From a bacterium (GTDB taxonomy: Bacteria; Zhuqueibacterota; Zhuqueibacteria; Oceanimicrobiales; Oceanimicrobiaceae), in the NCBI GenBank assembly GCA_046757165.1, contig JBHHXT010000020.1, positions 1 through 45,664 on the forward strand: a stretch of 45,664 nucleotides of DNA, in the 5' to 3' direction. Shown one piece after another: positions 9,574-18,897 of the stretch (position 1 is its first letter; each line of letters starts with the position of its first letter). The notes under the pieces are model-generated. The model made no database searches, had not been told where the DNA came from, and was given only the letters and a program-made list of their open reading frames with translations. The position numbers and the translations under genes were made by a program.

Positions 9574-9589
9574 CGGTACACCTTTTGCT
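9574..9589 (+). promoter_or_regulatory. Sigma-54-like promoter for the kinase-regulator operon
   Basis: CGGTACA-CCTT-TTGCT has the correct GG-N10-GC spacing, 100 bp downstream of the 9459 palindrome. Confidence 0.55.
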
Positions 9590-9737
9590 AATCCCCCTGT
9601 GGCTTTCATTCTTGTTGCAAATATGTTTGATACCTCTTAAGTTATGAGAGCGCCTGGTCTCGCAGATGATGAAAAAAATGCGGGCATCGCCAAGCGGACC
9701 AGTCCCGTACTCTTTCACTGCCGAGATTCTGAAGTAG

Positions 9738-12227
9738 ATGAGCGATCGCAAGAGCCTTTTCTTTTTGATCTCGATCATGGCCATGGTCGTCGTGGTCGCA
9801 GGAAGTGTGGGGATCTACGTCCTGTACAATGCAGCGTTCGAGCAGCAACAGGCGTTGTTGGTCGAAACGGTTGTCAGTCAGGCACGCTTGATGGAGGCCG
9901 TCGCCCGATTCCACGTTGAACACAGTGACGGAGACCTGCGGAAGAAACCTCATGCGGCTGCTTTGAGCCAGATCACCGATGCCCATAAACGCTACGAAGG
10001 ATTAAGACAGACAGGTGAGTTTGTGCTTGCAAAACGGGAGGGGGAGCAGATTGTTTTCCTGCTCCGCCACCGAGACCAGGATCTGGACAACCCAGAGCCG
10101 GTTCCTTTTGATTCCAACCTGGCGGAACCGATGCGGCAGGCGCTCTCAGGACGTTCCGGCACCACGGTCGGCCGCGACTACCGCGGTGTGCCCGTGTTGG
10201 CCGCCTTCGAACCGGTGGCGTTACTGAATTGGGGCATTGTTGCCAAGATAGACCTGGCAGAAATCCGAGCACCGTTTCTACGCGCCGGGATTATTGCTGC
10301 CCTGGCCGCCATTTTGGCCATCCTGGTCGCTGCCGTTATGTTCTTCCGGATCACCGACCCCTTAATCCGACGGGTGGTTGAAAGCGAAATCAAGACCCGC
10401 ACCATCGTTCAAACTGCTGTCGATGGTATCATCACGATCGATGAAGCGGGCGTGGTGCAATCCTTCAATCCGGCCGCTGAACGCTTGTTCGGCCATGCCG
10501 CGAACAAAGTGATCGGCAAGAATGTCAAAATGCTCATGCCCGACCCTTTCTATCAGGAACACGACGCCTACATCGAGAATTACCGGCAGAGCGACCAGAA
10601 AAAGATGATCGGGATTGGCCGCGAGGTGGTCGGCATGAGAAAAGATGGCGCCACCTTTCCGATGCAGTTATCGGTGAGTGAGTTCTTCCTGGGCACACAG
10701 AGGATGTTCACCGCAATTGTGCGGGATATTGGCGAGCGTATTCAGGCCCAAAAAGCCCTGCAGGAAAGTCAACGCTCCTTGGCAACTCTGATGAGCAACC
10801 TGCCCGGGATGGTCTATCGCTGCCGAAACGATCAGGATTGGACCATGGAGTTTGTGAGTGAAGGGTGCGTCGATTTGACCGGGTACCAGCCCTCTGATCT
10901 GGTCGGCAACAAGAGATTAGCCTACAGCAGCCTGATCCACCAGGCCGACCAGAAAATGGTCGCGGAACATGTTCAAAAGGCTGTCTCTGAGTGCCGGCCT
11001 TTTCGTGTTGTCTATCGTATAAGAACGGCAACCGGCAAACAAAAGTGGGTGTGGGAACAAAGTCAAATCGTTTGTTCGGCCAATGGCACGTTGACAAGTC
11101 TCGAAGGGTTCATCACCGACATCACAGACCGTGTGCACGCGGAGCAATCTTTGCAAGCAAGCGAGGCCAGAATTCGCGCCATCGTGGAAACTGCGGTGGA
11201 CGCGATCATCACAACGAACGAGCACGGGATCATTGAATCTGTCAATAGCGCAGTGGAGCGCCTGTTCGGCTACGCACCTGACGAGGTCGTTGGCCAGAAC
11301 GTGAGTATGCTCATGCCTCTGCCGTTTCGAGTAGAGCACCACGGGTACATCAAAAGTTATTTGCAAACCGGAGAAAAAAAGATCATCGGCATCGGCCGGG
11401 AATCGATAGGGCGTAGAAAGGATGGCACCACCTTTCCCATTCGGTTGTCGGTCAGTGAATTCTTTCTCGGGGAGCGTCGGATGTTCACCGGACTGATCCA
11501 CGACATCACCGAACAAAAAGCGATGGAACAGAGAATCTTGCAGTCGGAACGACTGGCAGTGATCGGCAGGATGGCCGCCAAAATAGCGCACGAAGTCAGG
11601 AATCCCCTGTCATCCATCAGTTTGAATGCCGAGCTCCTTGAAGAGGAGCTCCAGGGCCTCGCCGTTTGCGACACTGAAGAAGCCAGATCTTTGTTGCAGT
11701 CGATGATCAACGAAATCGATCGCGTCACCTCGCTCACCGATGAATATCTGCAGTTCTCCCGCTTGCCGGAATCCAACCTGGTTGAGGGGGATTTGAATGA
11801 GCTGCTCAGGGAGATGCTGGAGCTGCTGACGCCGGAGTTGAAACAAAAACGCATCGAATTGGAGAGCCGGGGTCTGAAACAGAAGCTGGAGCTCCCGTTT
11901 GACCGTGCGCAAGTCAGGCGCGTGCTATTAAACTTGATCCGAAATGCCATCGAGGCCATGCCGAAAGGTGGATTGCTCAAAGTTTGGAGTATGAGAAATG
12001 CACACACGGCGGTCATCAGCATCCGGGATACCGGGTGCGGCATCCCGCAACATCTGGTCGGCAATATCTTTAGTCCGTTTTTCACCACCAAGGATTTCGG
12101 CACCGGCCTGGGTCTGGCCATTTCCCAGCAAGTCATCAATGAACATCAAGGCCAGATTACTTGTGAAAGCAACGTCGAGCAAGGCACGACGTTTCGCATC
12201 GAACTTCCCATCAGGGAGCACAAATGA
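9738..12227 (+). CDS. Membrane sensor histidine kinase with three PAS domains (two FixL-type heme-PAS)
   Basis: Two TM helices flank a Cache-like region. PAS1 LMPDPFYQEHDAY...IGIGREVVGMRKDGATFPM; PAS3 LMPLPFRVEHHGY...IGIGRE. H-box AHEVRNPL, N-box NLIRNA, DTGCGI, FFTTK, GTGLGL. Confidence 0.95.
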   Translation: MSDRKSLFFLISIMAMVVVVAGSVGIYVLYNAAFEQQQALLVETVVSQARLMEAVARFHVEHSDGDLRKKPHAAALSQITDAHKRYEGLRQTGEFVLAKREGEQIVFLLRHRDQDLDNPEPVPFDSNLAEPMRQALSGRSGTTVGRDYRGVPVLAAFEPVALLNWGIVAKIDLAEIRAPFLRAGIIAALAAILAILVAAVMFFRITDPLIRRVVESEIKTRTIVQTAVDGIITIDEAGVVQSFNPAAERLFGHAANKVIGKNVKMLMPDPFYQEHDAYIENYRQSDQKKMIGIGREVVGMRKDGATFPMQLSVSEFFLGTQRMFTAIVRDIGERIQAQKALQESQRSLATLMSNLPGMVYRCRNDQDWTMEFVSEGCVDLTGYQPSDLVGNKRLAYSSLIHQADQKMVAEHVQKAVSECRPFRVVYRIRTATGKQKWVWEQSQIVCSANGTLTSLEGFITDITDRVHAEQSLQASEARIRAIVETAVDAIITTNEHGIIESVNSAVERLFGYAPDEVVGQNVSMLMPLPFRVEHHGYIKSYLQTGEKKIIGIGRESIGRRKDGTTFPIRLSVSEFFLGERRMFTGLIHDITEQKAMEQRILQSERLAVIGRMAAKIAHEVRNPLSSISLNAELLEEELQGLAVCDTEEARSLLQSMINEIDRVTSLTDEYLQFSRLPESNLVEGDLNELLREMLELLTPELKQKRIELESRGLKQKLELPFDRAQVRRVLLNLIRNAIEAMPKGGLLKVWSMRNAHTAVISIRDTGCGIPQHLVGNIFSPFFTTKDFGTGLGLAISQQVINEHQGQITCESNVEQGTTFRIELPIREHK

Positions 12228-13597
12228 GGGGTCAACAAATGTTCGCAAAATCAGTTCTCATCGTCGATGATGAAGTAAGCGTCCGCCTGTCTCTGGAAAA
12301 AGCCCTGAGCAAAGCAGGCTACCTGACCAGAACCGCTGGCTCCGGCAGCGAAGCTCTACAACTTCTGGAGAAAAGATCGGTCGACCTCGTTCTCTCGGAC
12401 CTCAAGATGCCAAACGGCGACGGTTTTGAACTGCTACGAGAGATAAAAAGGACCCACCCCAAAACAGAAGTGATCCTCTTGACCGGCTATGGCACGATCG
12501 AAAAGGCGGTGGAGGCGATGAAGGAGGGCGCATATGATTTTATTACCAAGCCCTTCAAGAAAGCCGTCATTTTGAGTACGGTGGAGCGGGCCATCGAACG
12601 CCAAAACTTGCGGCAGGAGAATCGCTACTTGAAAGCGCAGTTGGGCAAAGGGAAGCCCTACAATACCATCATCGGCAAAAGCCAGGCGCTGAAGGACGTG
12701 CTCGCCATGGTCGAGCGGGTGGCGCCGCTCACCTCGACTGTGCTGATAACGGGCGAAAGCGGCACCGGCAAAGAACTTATCGCGCGCGCGTTGCATAACA
12801 AGAGTCCCCGCATCGACAAGCGGTTCGTCCCGATCAACTGTGCGGCCATCCCCGAAACCCTGGTTGAAAGTGAGCTGTTCGGGCACATCAAAGGCTCCTT
12901 CACCGGCGCCATGCGCGACAAGAGCGGGTTGTTCAAAGTCGCCGATGGCGGCACCATCTTCCTGGACGAAATCGTCAGCGTGCCGCTCAATCTGCAAGTG
13001 AAGCTGCTGCGAGCTATCGAGCAAAAAGAAATCCTGGCCGTCGGCAGCACCGAACCGGAGATCATCGATGTTCGCATCATCGCCGCCACCAACAAAAACC
13101 TGGCAACCCAGGTCGAGAAGGGCCATTTTCGCGAAGACCTGTACTACCGCTTGAACGTCGTCGGCATCACCATCCCCCCTTTGAAAGAGCGAATCGAAGA
13201 TATCCCTGAGCTCATGAGTCATTACATCCAGGTCTACAACGCACAGCTAAGCAAACAAGTCCGGGGCGTCGACGACAACGTTCTCCCCTTCTTGATGGGC
13301 TACGAATGGAAAGGCAACGTGCGTGAGCTGGAAAACTCCATCGAACGCGCCATGATTCTATGTGACGGCGATGAGCTCACCCTGGCCCACTTTCCGCATA
13401 TCTCTTCCAGCAAAGACAACTCGAAAACATGGCGCGGCGACTTGAAGGCCTCAGTTCGACAATTCGAGCATGAGGCGATCTTGAGAACTCTGGAGATGGC
13501 AGAACACGACAAAACCAAAGCAGCAAAAATTCTCGGTCTGAGCTTGTCCTCACTCTATCGCAAGATGACCGAGTTGGGTATCGATTTGAAGGCGTAG
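12224..13597 (+). CDS. Sigma-54-dependent NtrC/AtoC/ZraR-family response regulator
   Basis: Receiver (LIVDDE, LSDLKMP), AAA+ (GESGTGKE, ESELFGH, GSFTGA, FLDEI, FREDLYYRLNV, WKGNVRELEN) and Fis-type HTH. ATGA overlap with the kinase stop; alternative start 12239. Confidence 0.96.
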   Translation: MRGQQMFAKSVLIVDDEVSVRLSLEKALSKAGYLTRTAGSGSEALQLLEKRSVDLVLSDLKMPNGDGFELLREIKRTHPKTEVILLTGYGTIEKAVEAMKEGAYDFITKPFKKAVILSTVERAIERQNLRQENRYLKAQLGKGKPYNTIIGKSQALKDVLAMVERVAPLTSTVLITGESGTGKELIARALHNKSPRIDKRFVPINCAAIPETLVESELFGHIKGSFTGAMRDKSGLFKVADGGTIFLDEIVSVPLNLQVKLLRAIEQKEILAVGSTEPEIIDVRIIAATNKNLATQVEKGHFREDLYYRLNVVGITIPPLKERIEDIPELMSHYIQVYNAQLSKQVRGVDDNVLPFLMGYEWKGNVRELENSIERAMILCDGDELTLAHFPHISSSKDNSKTWRGDLKASVRQFEHEAILRTLEMAEHDKTKAAKILGLSLSSLYRKMTELGIDLKA

Positions 13598-13711
13598 CTG
13601 AACAGGAAGGCAATAACACCAGCTATCGTTGGCTTTTGCAAGCGGCTTCTTCAGACATTATTCAGGAGGAATCTATTCGGCTGCTACCTCACATTTGAAT
13701 TGAGGGGGGCG

Positions 13712-14635
13712 TCATTTCGTTTTGTGCGCTTCGATGACCTTTTTTGCCTCCTGCACCGATTGCGCATTCTTTAGACCCACCCTGATTTCTTCAAGGTGGT
13801 CAAGAGAAAGCGTTTTGTCAATCTGGTCGAAGAGCCGCAGCCCCGCCGCGCCAAATTTGATGTCCAGGACGTCGTAAATCGTTTGTCTCAGGCCTTTTTC
13901 CAAGCCTTTCTCCATTCCCTCTTCGCGTCCTTCTTCTCGTCCCTCCTTTCGTCCCTCCTTTCGTCCCTCCTTTCGTCCTTCTTGTTTGATCTCTTGATAG
14001 AAGCGCGTTTTCTTAATGTTGGAAATCAATGGCTCAGTCATTCTCTCTATCTCCTCTCTTGTAAGATTGGATAGTTTGTTGATCAATAAGTTGATGAGCA
14101 GCTCAACTGCTGTTTCTTTCAGATTCGGGTCTTGAATTTCATCTGAGACCTGCCGGGCTACCTTGCTTGCGACACTATACACCTCTTCGTTCGGTACTGT
14201 GATGATCTGCAGCAAGTTGAGCGGAAACTTCTCGAGATGCTCCGGGGCGAGCTTGCTCAAATAGACTCTCCGCAAACGGCTTGTCTCAAAAAATTCGCGA
14301 TAATGGGGATGAACCCCCGGATCGACTGTCTCGTCCGGAAAGATGACAACCGCACGCCAATTGTTCTCCGGTTGATACTGCCGCAGATACAAAAATATCT
14401 CACCGAAGAATCTGGAGTAAAAGTCCAGCTTCTTGCCAAACTGCACTTCGACAAAGTAGATCGGGTCTTCTATCAACTGAGGGAGAAACATGCCATCGAA
14501 TCGAAAGGCTTGCCCTTTGACCTCCACCGCCTTGAAGATATATTTTCCGCCTTTCTGTGTATCTTCGTCGATGATCGCAAAGAAAGCTGTTGGAAATCGT
14601 GAAAAGAATTGAAAGAAGAATGAGTCTGTTTTCAT
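13712..14635 (-). CDS. Rpn-family recombination-promoting nuclease/putative transposase (DUF2887-like)
   Basis: MKTDSFFFQFF start, FRFDGMF...IYFVEVQF PD-(D/E)xK-like core, C-terminal (EGRK)n/(EGRE)n coil. Confidence 0.85.
   Translation of the reverse strand: MKTDSFFFQFFSRFPTAFFAIIDEDTQKGGKYIFKAVEVKGQAFRFDGMFLPQLIEDPIYFVEVQFGKKLDFYSRFFGEIFLYLRQYQPENNWRAVVIFPDETVDPGVHPHYREFFETSRLRRVYLSKLAPEHLEKFPLNLLQIITVPNEEVYSVASKVARQVSDEIQDPNLKETAVELLINLLINKLSNLTREEIERMTEPLISNIKKTRFYQEIKQEGRKEGRKEGRKEGREEGREEGMEKGLEKGLRQTIYDVLDIKFGAAGLRLFDQIDKTLSLDHLEEIRVGLKNAQSVQEAKKVIEAHKTK
13937..13980. repeat. 12-bp tandem repeat encoding EGRK units
   Basis: TCGTCCCTCCTT x3 plus a partial copy, inside the Rpn gene. Confidence 0.9.
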
Positions 14636-14789
14636 TCTCTTGTTCTCTCTTCAACTTTTGTAATCTATGAAAAACAGCGATAAATGCAACTAGAAATATG
14701 AGATCTGGGTTACTTCATAACACCTGCTGGACTTTTTTGAACCCGGTAATTGTTAAGAAAACACAAATACCAAAACGCGGAGAAGCAAT

Positions 14790-15197
14790 ATGAACCTTCA
14801 AGTTGGCCAGAAAGCCACGCGCAGCCTCACCCTGACACGGGAGCACGTCGAAAAATACTATGAGATAACAGGAGACAGGAATCCGCTTCACTTTGATGAG
14901 ACGTTCGCCTCCAAAACCAAATTCAAGAAACTAGTGGTCCAGGGCGGTCTCACCACCGGGCTATTGCACGCGCTGGTCGCAATGGACATGCCGGGCCCGG
15001 GCACGGTTTTTCTGAATCAAAACTGGAAGTTCACGGCGCCGGTTTTTATCGGAGATACGATTACTGCGGAAGCGACGGTTGTGAGTGTCCATGGGAGCAA
15101 ACCCGTTTGCCAGCTCGACTTCAAGGTCATCCGCCAAACGGGTGAAACCGTGCTGGAAGGGGAGGCCTGGTGTTACCGGTTCAGCCCGGTCCCCTAG
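14790..15197 (+). CDS. MaoC-family dehydratase ((R)-enoyl-CoA hydratase-like, hotdog fold)
   Basis: ITGDRNPLHFD hydratase motif, MPGPGTVF, FTAPVFIGDTI. Confidence 0.9.
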   Translation: MNLQVGQKATRSLTLTREHVEKYYEITGDRNPLHFDETFASKTKFKKLVVQGGLTTGLLHALVAMDMPGPGTVFLNQNWKFTAPVFIGDTITAEATVVSVHGSKPVCQLDFKVIRQTGETVLEGEAWCYRFSPVP

Positions 15198-16384
15198 TTC
15201 TCGACGTTGAGTATCGGTCCCTGATGCCAATCGATTTCGGGCTCATCATGCTGGATGAACGCATAAACCTGCAAGCGATAACGTCCCGCGTTCGCCGTCA
15301 CCTTGAATCGAAGTGGGATGCGATAGACTGTACGGTCAGGCTGTAAACACAGCGAACGCGAGCAAAGAAGCTCTGATTGACCACTGGTCAGATTAACTGC
15401 ATGGACCTGAGCCGTCAACGGTTTTCTCGCCATCGCCAAAACGGATGCATTCCTGCCAGAGATTTCGCAATCAATTTCACCCCCCAGGGCGTTGTCGTGC
15501 GCCAATTTGTTTCGGCCGCCACCATTCGAACTTGCCAGGCGCACGCCGGTGATCTCGAGTGCCAAAGCCCTCACGGCCGCGTCGACGTCTTTTTCTTTAT
15601 TGCTCTCCGGAAGGGGCCCGGAACTCATGGTCGCTGCTGTACGGGGCCGCTCGCGGTCGATACGTTTTCCACTGACCTTTGCTTTGGCTTCGTCGCCGCT
15701 GTTCTCAATCTGACCAATCGATTCAGAAACTGGCTTCGCTTTCGTGCTTTCAGATGGTTCCTGTGGTGCGGAGCCACCCGAGGCTGCCACTTCGCTCGCA
15801 GCCACTCCAGCAGGTTCATCCCCAATCGCTTTCGAGGGCGGAACCGGGTCGCTTGTTTCAGGCATAGGTTTGGCTTGTTTTGAGGGTACTTTCGTCTCGG
15901 CACCTGTTGAACTCTTGCTTTCCGGCGCGGCGACATCTTTCACACGGGTGTCTGCCAGACCCGCACGCGAGCCCGTCTTTGCTCCACCTTCCCTGGCTGG
16001 CTTTGAACCGCTGACTTTCTCGCGGGAGGCCGTTTCAGCGGGTTGCTCTTGCTCCCGGCTGTGGGAGAGAAGATTAGCAGCTCCCATCCAATCCTGACTT
16101 CTTATGATCGCAGCCGACACCAGGACTCCCGTGCGTTCCATCAACTCCTTCGACAGTTCCGGTGGCGCATACTGCGCAAGCTGTTCATATTTGAAGATCT
16201 CGAGACTGCTCAAAGCATACTCAATCCTGGCATCGATGCCATCGATTTTCGTGAAGTCATCGCGCTCCACTCCCGGAATCTCCACCTCCGGCACGACAGG
16301 CTTCTGGTAGGCTCTTTTGTTCCCTGACTTCGAGCTTCTATTCTTTTTCTTGTACCGCTTACCTTTCATGTTTTGCACACTCAT
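15194..16384 (-). CDS. Hypothetical protein with helix-hairpin-helix-like domain, low-complexity linker and C-terminal beta domain
   Basis: GAGGAG precedes ATG 16384. Basic N-tail, DDFTKIDGIDARIEYAL...YEQLA...QDWMGAA (HhH/DUF4332-like), S/E/K/P/A-rich linker, beta-rich C-terminus. Confidence 0.75.
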   Translation of the reverse strand: MSVQNMKGKRYKKKNRSSKSGNKRAYQKPVVPEVEIPGVERDDFTKIDGIDARIEYALSSLEIFKYEQLAQYAPPELSKELMERTGVLVSAAIIRSQDWMGAANLLSHSREQEQPAETASREKVSGSKPAREGGAKTGSRAGLADTRVKDVAAPESKSSTGAETKVPSKQAKPMPETSDPVPPSKAIGDEPAGVAASEVAASGGSAPQEPSESTKAKPVSESIGQIENSGDEAKAKVSGKRIDRERPRTAATMSSGPLPESNKEKDVDAAVRALALEITGVRLASSNGGGRNKLAHDNALGGEIDCEISGRNASVLAMARKPLTAQVHAVNLTSGQSELLCSRSLCLQPDRTVYRIPLRFKVTANAGRYRLQVYAFIQHDEPEIDWHQGPILNVEN

Positions 16385-16491
16385 TGTATTCTCCTCAAAC
16401 ACTCAGTGGTGCCCTTAAACAGTACAGTGCCTTGGACAGCTTTACTGCCGTGAGGCGATGTTTTGCTTCGTTAACACGAAACAAGTGGAGA

Positions 16492-16521
16492 AGCGCTGGC
16501 TCCGGATCCGAAGCCAGCGCT
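16492..16521 (-). other. Intergenic stem-loop between two co-oriented genes
   Basis: AGCGCTGGCT...AGCCAGCGCT with perfect 10-bp arms and further inner pairing; no U-tract. Confidence 0.6.
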
Positions 16522-16545
16522 CCATCCCTGGCCGCTCAATTCTGA

Positions 16546-17364
16546 CTATACTGGATTATAAACCAGATACCTGCACGCCCGATCGTGCTGGATCTCAGGA
16601 CCGGCGGTTCCTGAAATGAAGAAGAAACCCGGTTCTGTGTCCGGATCATAATGATCCGTGCTGACGAGTGCAAACGGCTGCCCCGCATCCGTGATATCCG
16701 CGGTCATGTTGGTCTCGTAGAGATTCGGGTTGAGACCGGGGTTGGCCGGGACGAAAAATGCCAGGAAGAAATTCAGGGCCGGTGGAAATGCACCAAAGGT
16801 GCCGGCAAAGGTGAAGTCGAGTTCGTTGTTGACGGTTGTCAGATTGATGGTCTCGAATCTGACTCGATAGTTGTGCCCACTCAGCGCCACTGTACCGGGA
16901 ATGCCACCCCCTAATAAATCGGGCGCCGGGTTCACAAACACGACGCCAAGCATAATCGCCAGTTCGCCAGCCGCGATGATCTTGCCCGGTCGCCAGGCCG
17001 GATCGGTATAGATCTGAAAGGGGCCCGCCGTAAAGCCGTTCCAATAAGAATAATTCAGAAACGTGGTGGGCCCGCCAGCCCTTGTCAGAGCGTCCCCATT
17101 GCGCCGCTTGGCCTCTGCCAGTTCTGCCACGCGATCAACGTAGCTGTCTGTCCGGTCTTTCAAAAAGCCGGCATAAGAGCGCAGAAACTTGGTGGTTTTC
17201 TCGACGGCTTCACCTGGGAGTTCAAGCTGCGGCGTCATTACATTGACGCTGACACCCTTGATTCCAGGATCGAGCCCGAGGGTTTCGGCAACGGTGCTGC
17301 CACTGCCATTCCCGTTCCCGCCAGCCTTGACGGTGAGCTCCGGAGGTTCAGTTATGATAGCCAT
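16546..17364 (-). CDS. Hypothetical protein (Pro/Gly/Phe-rich C-terminal domain)
   Basis: AAGGAG precedes ATG; 272-aa ORF with no signal peptide and no family that I recognise. Confidence 0.8.
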   Translation of the reverse strand: MAIITEPPELTVKAGGNGNGSGSTVAETLGLDPGIKGVSVNVMTPQLELPGEAVEKTTKFLRSYAGFLKDRTDSYVDRVAELAEAKRRNGDALTRAGGPTTFLNYSYWNGFTAGPFQIYTDPAWRPGKIIAAGELAIMLGVVFVNPAPDLLGGGIPGTVALSGHNYRVRFETINLTTVNNELDFTFAGTFGAFPPALNFFLAFFVPANPGLNPNLYETNMTADITDAGQPFALVSTDHYDPDTEPGFFFISGTAGPEIQHDRACRYLVYNPV

Positions 17365-17533
17365 AAGACCACTCCTTTGGATTAAATGAATAAGAATTGG
17401 CTCGTGAACAACAATCCTTGCTGTTCATCAGTTATCATGAGTAGCACACCTCGAGATAACTCTCAAACTAATGTTATTTTCTTCATTTATTGTCGAGAAA
17501 GAATGCCGGGGAAATAATTTTTTCAGAATTTTG

Positions 17534-17561
17534 TTGACAATTTGCCATAATCTTCTACAAT
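17534..17561 (+). promoter_or_regulatory. Sigma-70-type promoter upstream of the ECF-like gene
   Basis: TTGACA-N16-TACAAT in an AT-rich divergent intergenic region; palindrome TTTGCAC-AAAA-GTGCAAA downstream at 17607-17624. Confidence 0.5.
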
Positions 17562-17790
17562 GTTAAAGATGTCACCAGGCTTTGTGGTACGACTTTCATC
17601 ACAACTTTTGCACAAAAGTGCAAAGGAGCATGGAATAGACCACCGTGACATCCTAACGAAAGCGTAGCCGTCGCAATTGCTCTTTTTTCCCCAAAACAGG
17701 ATTCCGCGAAAGATAATAAGTGGTGGACGTGACAGCAGGGCCATGACGATCAGATTGCGTCTCATTTAATGGCAGAGGTGGATTCGGAAT

Positions 17791-18438
17791 ATGTGTCGCT
17801 TGGATGAGCCCTTACCTTTAGAAAAGTTGTTGTCTTACTGCTATGATGCGAAGTCGGAGTTTCATGAGCGCGGCTGGCGGGAGTTTTTGAGACGGTACAA
17901 GAAGTTCATGTACAATATCATCATCAATACCTGCCGGCAGTATCGGGTGACGCGCCTGAACCGGCAGTTTTCAGAAACCGTCAATGATATTTTCAACGAG
18001 GCCTTGAACACCTTGCTCAAGGACGACTACCGGGCCCTGCGCAGCGTCCAGGCAAAAGATAATGAAAAACAGTTTTTGTCATGGCTGGCGGTGACGTGTC
18101 ACCGCTGCGCCTCGGCCAATATCAAGAAGTACTTCAAGAATTCCCTGGTAGAAACCGATCCGACGGCATTTGCCCCTTACATGAACACACTCTCCTACAG
18201 CGAGCTGTGGCCACTTTATGAAGAACTGGTGAACGATATGCGCAGCAGCTCCAGGGCCAGCCGCAAGAACCTGGAACGGGATATCTATCTCTTCATGCTG
18301 TACAAATGGGAACAGTTGCCGCAGCCAATGATCCGCACCATCCCCTGTTTCAAGAAAACTGGCATTCGCGTCATCGAAGTTGCGACGGCGCGAATGTTGA
18401 AGTATCTAAAAGAATTGCGAAAATACGAAAATCGTTGA
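17791..18438 (+). CDS. Divergent ECF-type sigma factor-like protein
   Basis: Region-2-like pattern GWREFLRRYKKFMY...VNDIFNEAL...YRALR...FLSWLAVTCHR. Region 4 is only loosely recognisable (ERDIYLFMLY...ARMLKYLK). Confidence 0.7.
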   Translation: MCRLDEPLPLEKLLSYCYDAKSEFHERGWREFLRRYKKFMYNIIINTCRQYRVTRLNRQFSETVNDIFNEALNTLLKDDYRALRSVQAKDNEKQFLSWLAVTCHRCASANIKKYFKNSLVETDPTAFAPYMNTLSYSELWPLYEELVNDMRSSSRASRKNLERDIYLFMLYKWEQLPQPMIRTIPCFKKTGIRVIEVATARMLKYLKELRKYENR

Positions 18439-18465
18439 GAAGTTTGTAGGCGTTGTTCTCACATT

Positions 18466-18879
18466 ATGGGTGAAAACAGGATGAGCGATCATCGCAAACT
18501 TGGACATGCCCTGGCATTCCTGGATGCAGAGGTGGAAAAGAGCAAAAGCTTCGAAGCTCAGCAGCTCTCTGATGCAATGATGGATTATGTGCAGCACTTG
18601 CACAAGGTTCGTGCCTCGATTCTGGCTGAAAACCGCGTCGAAGGCATTTTCGACGCGATTCCGACAACCTACTGCCACTCGGAAACAGCGTACCTGGCTG
18701 GCAATGAGGATTTTTTCGTCGCCAGGTTTACCATCGCGCGCGTGGATGCAGAGGAAAGTAAACCCTGCCAGAATTTGTCGAAGCACCTGAACGATTGCTT
18801 CAAATGCTTCACTGTTTTTACCGAGGTGCTGCGCGATTTTTACAACAAGAAACAGGTCTTGACAGATGAATATGCTTAG
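18466..18879 (+). CDS. Soluble protein with ZAS-type zinc motif (putative anti-sigma component)
   Basis: HLNDCFKC (HxxxCxxC) with upstream YCH and PCQ; directly follows the sigma-like gene; alternative start 18481. Confidence 0.65.
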   Translation: MGENRMSDHRKLGHALAFLDAEVEKSKSFEAQQLSDAMMDYVQHLHKVRASILAENRVEGIFDAIPTTYCHSETAYLAGNEDFFVARFTIARVDAEESKPCQNLSKHLNDCFKCFTVFTEVLRDFYNKKQVLTDEYA

Positions 18880-18897
18880 GAACAGAGGACAGAAGCC

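Noticed and set aside
9765..9778. FNR-box-like TTGAT-CTCG-ATCAT
   Set aside because: One mismatch and inside the kinase coding sequence; likely chance.
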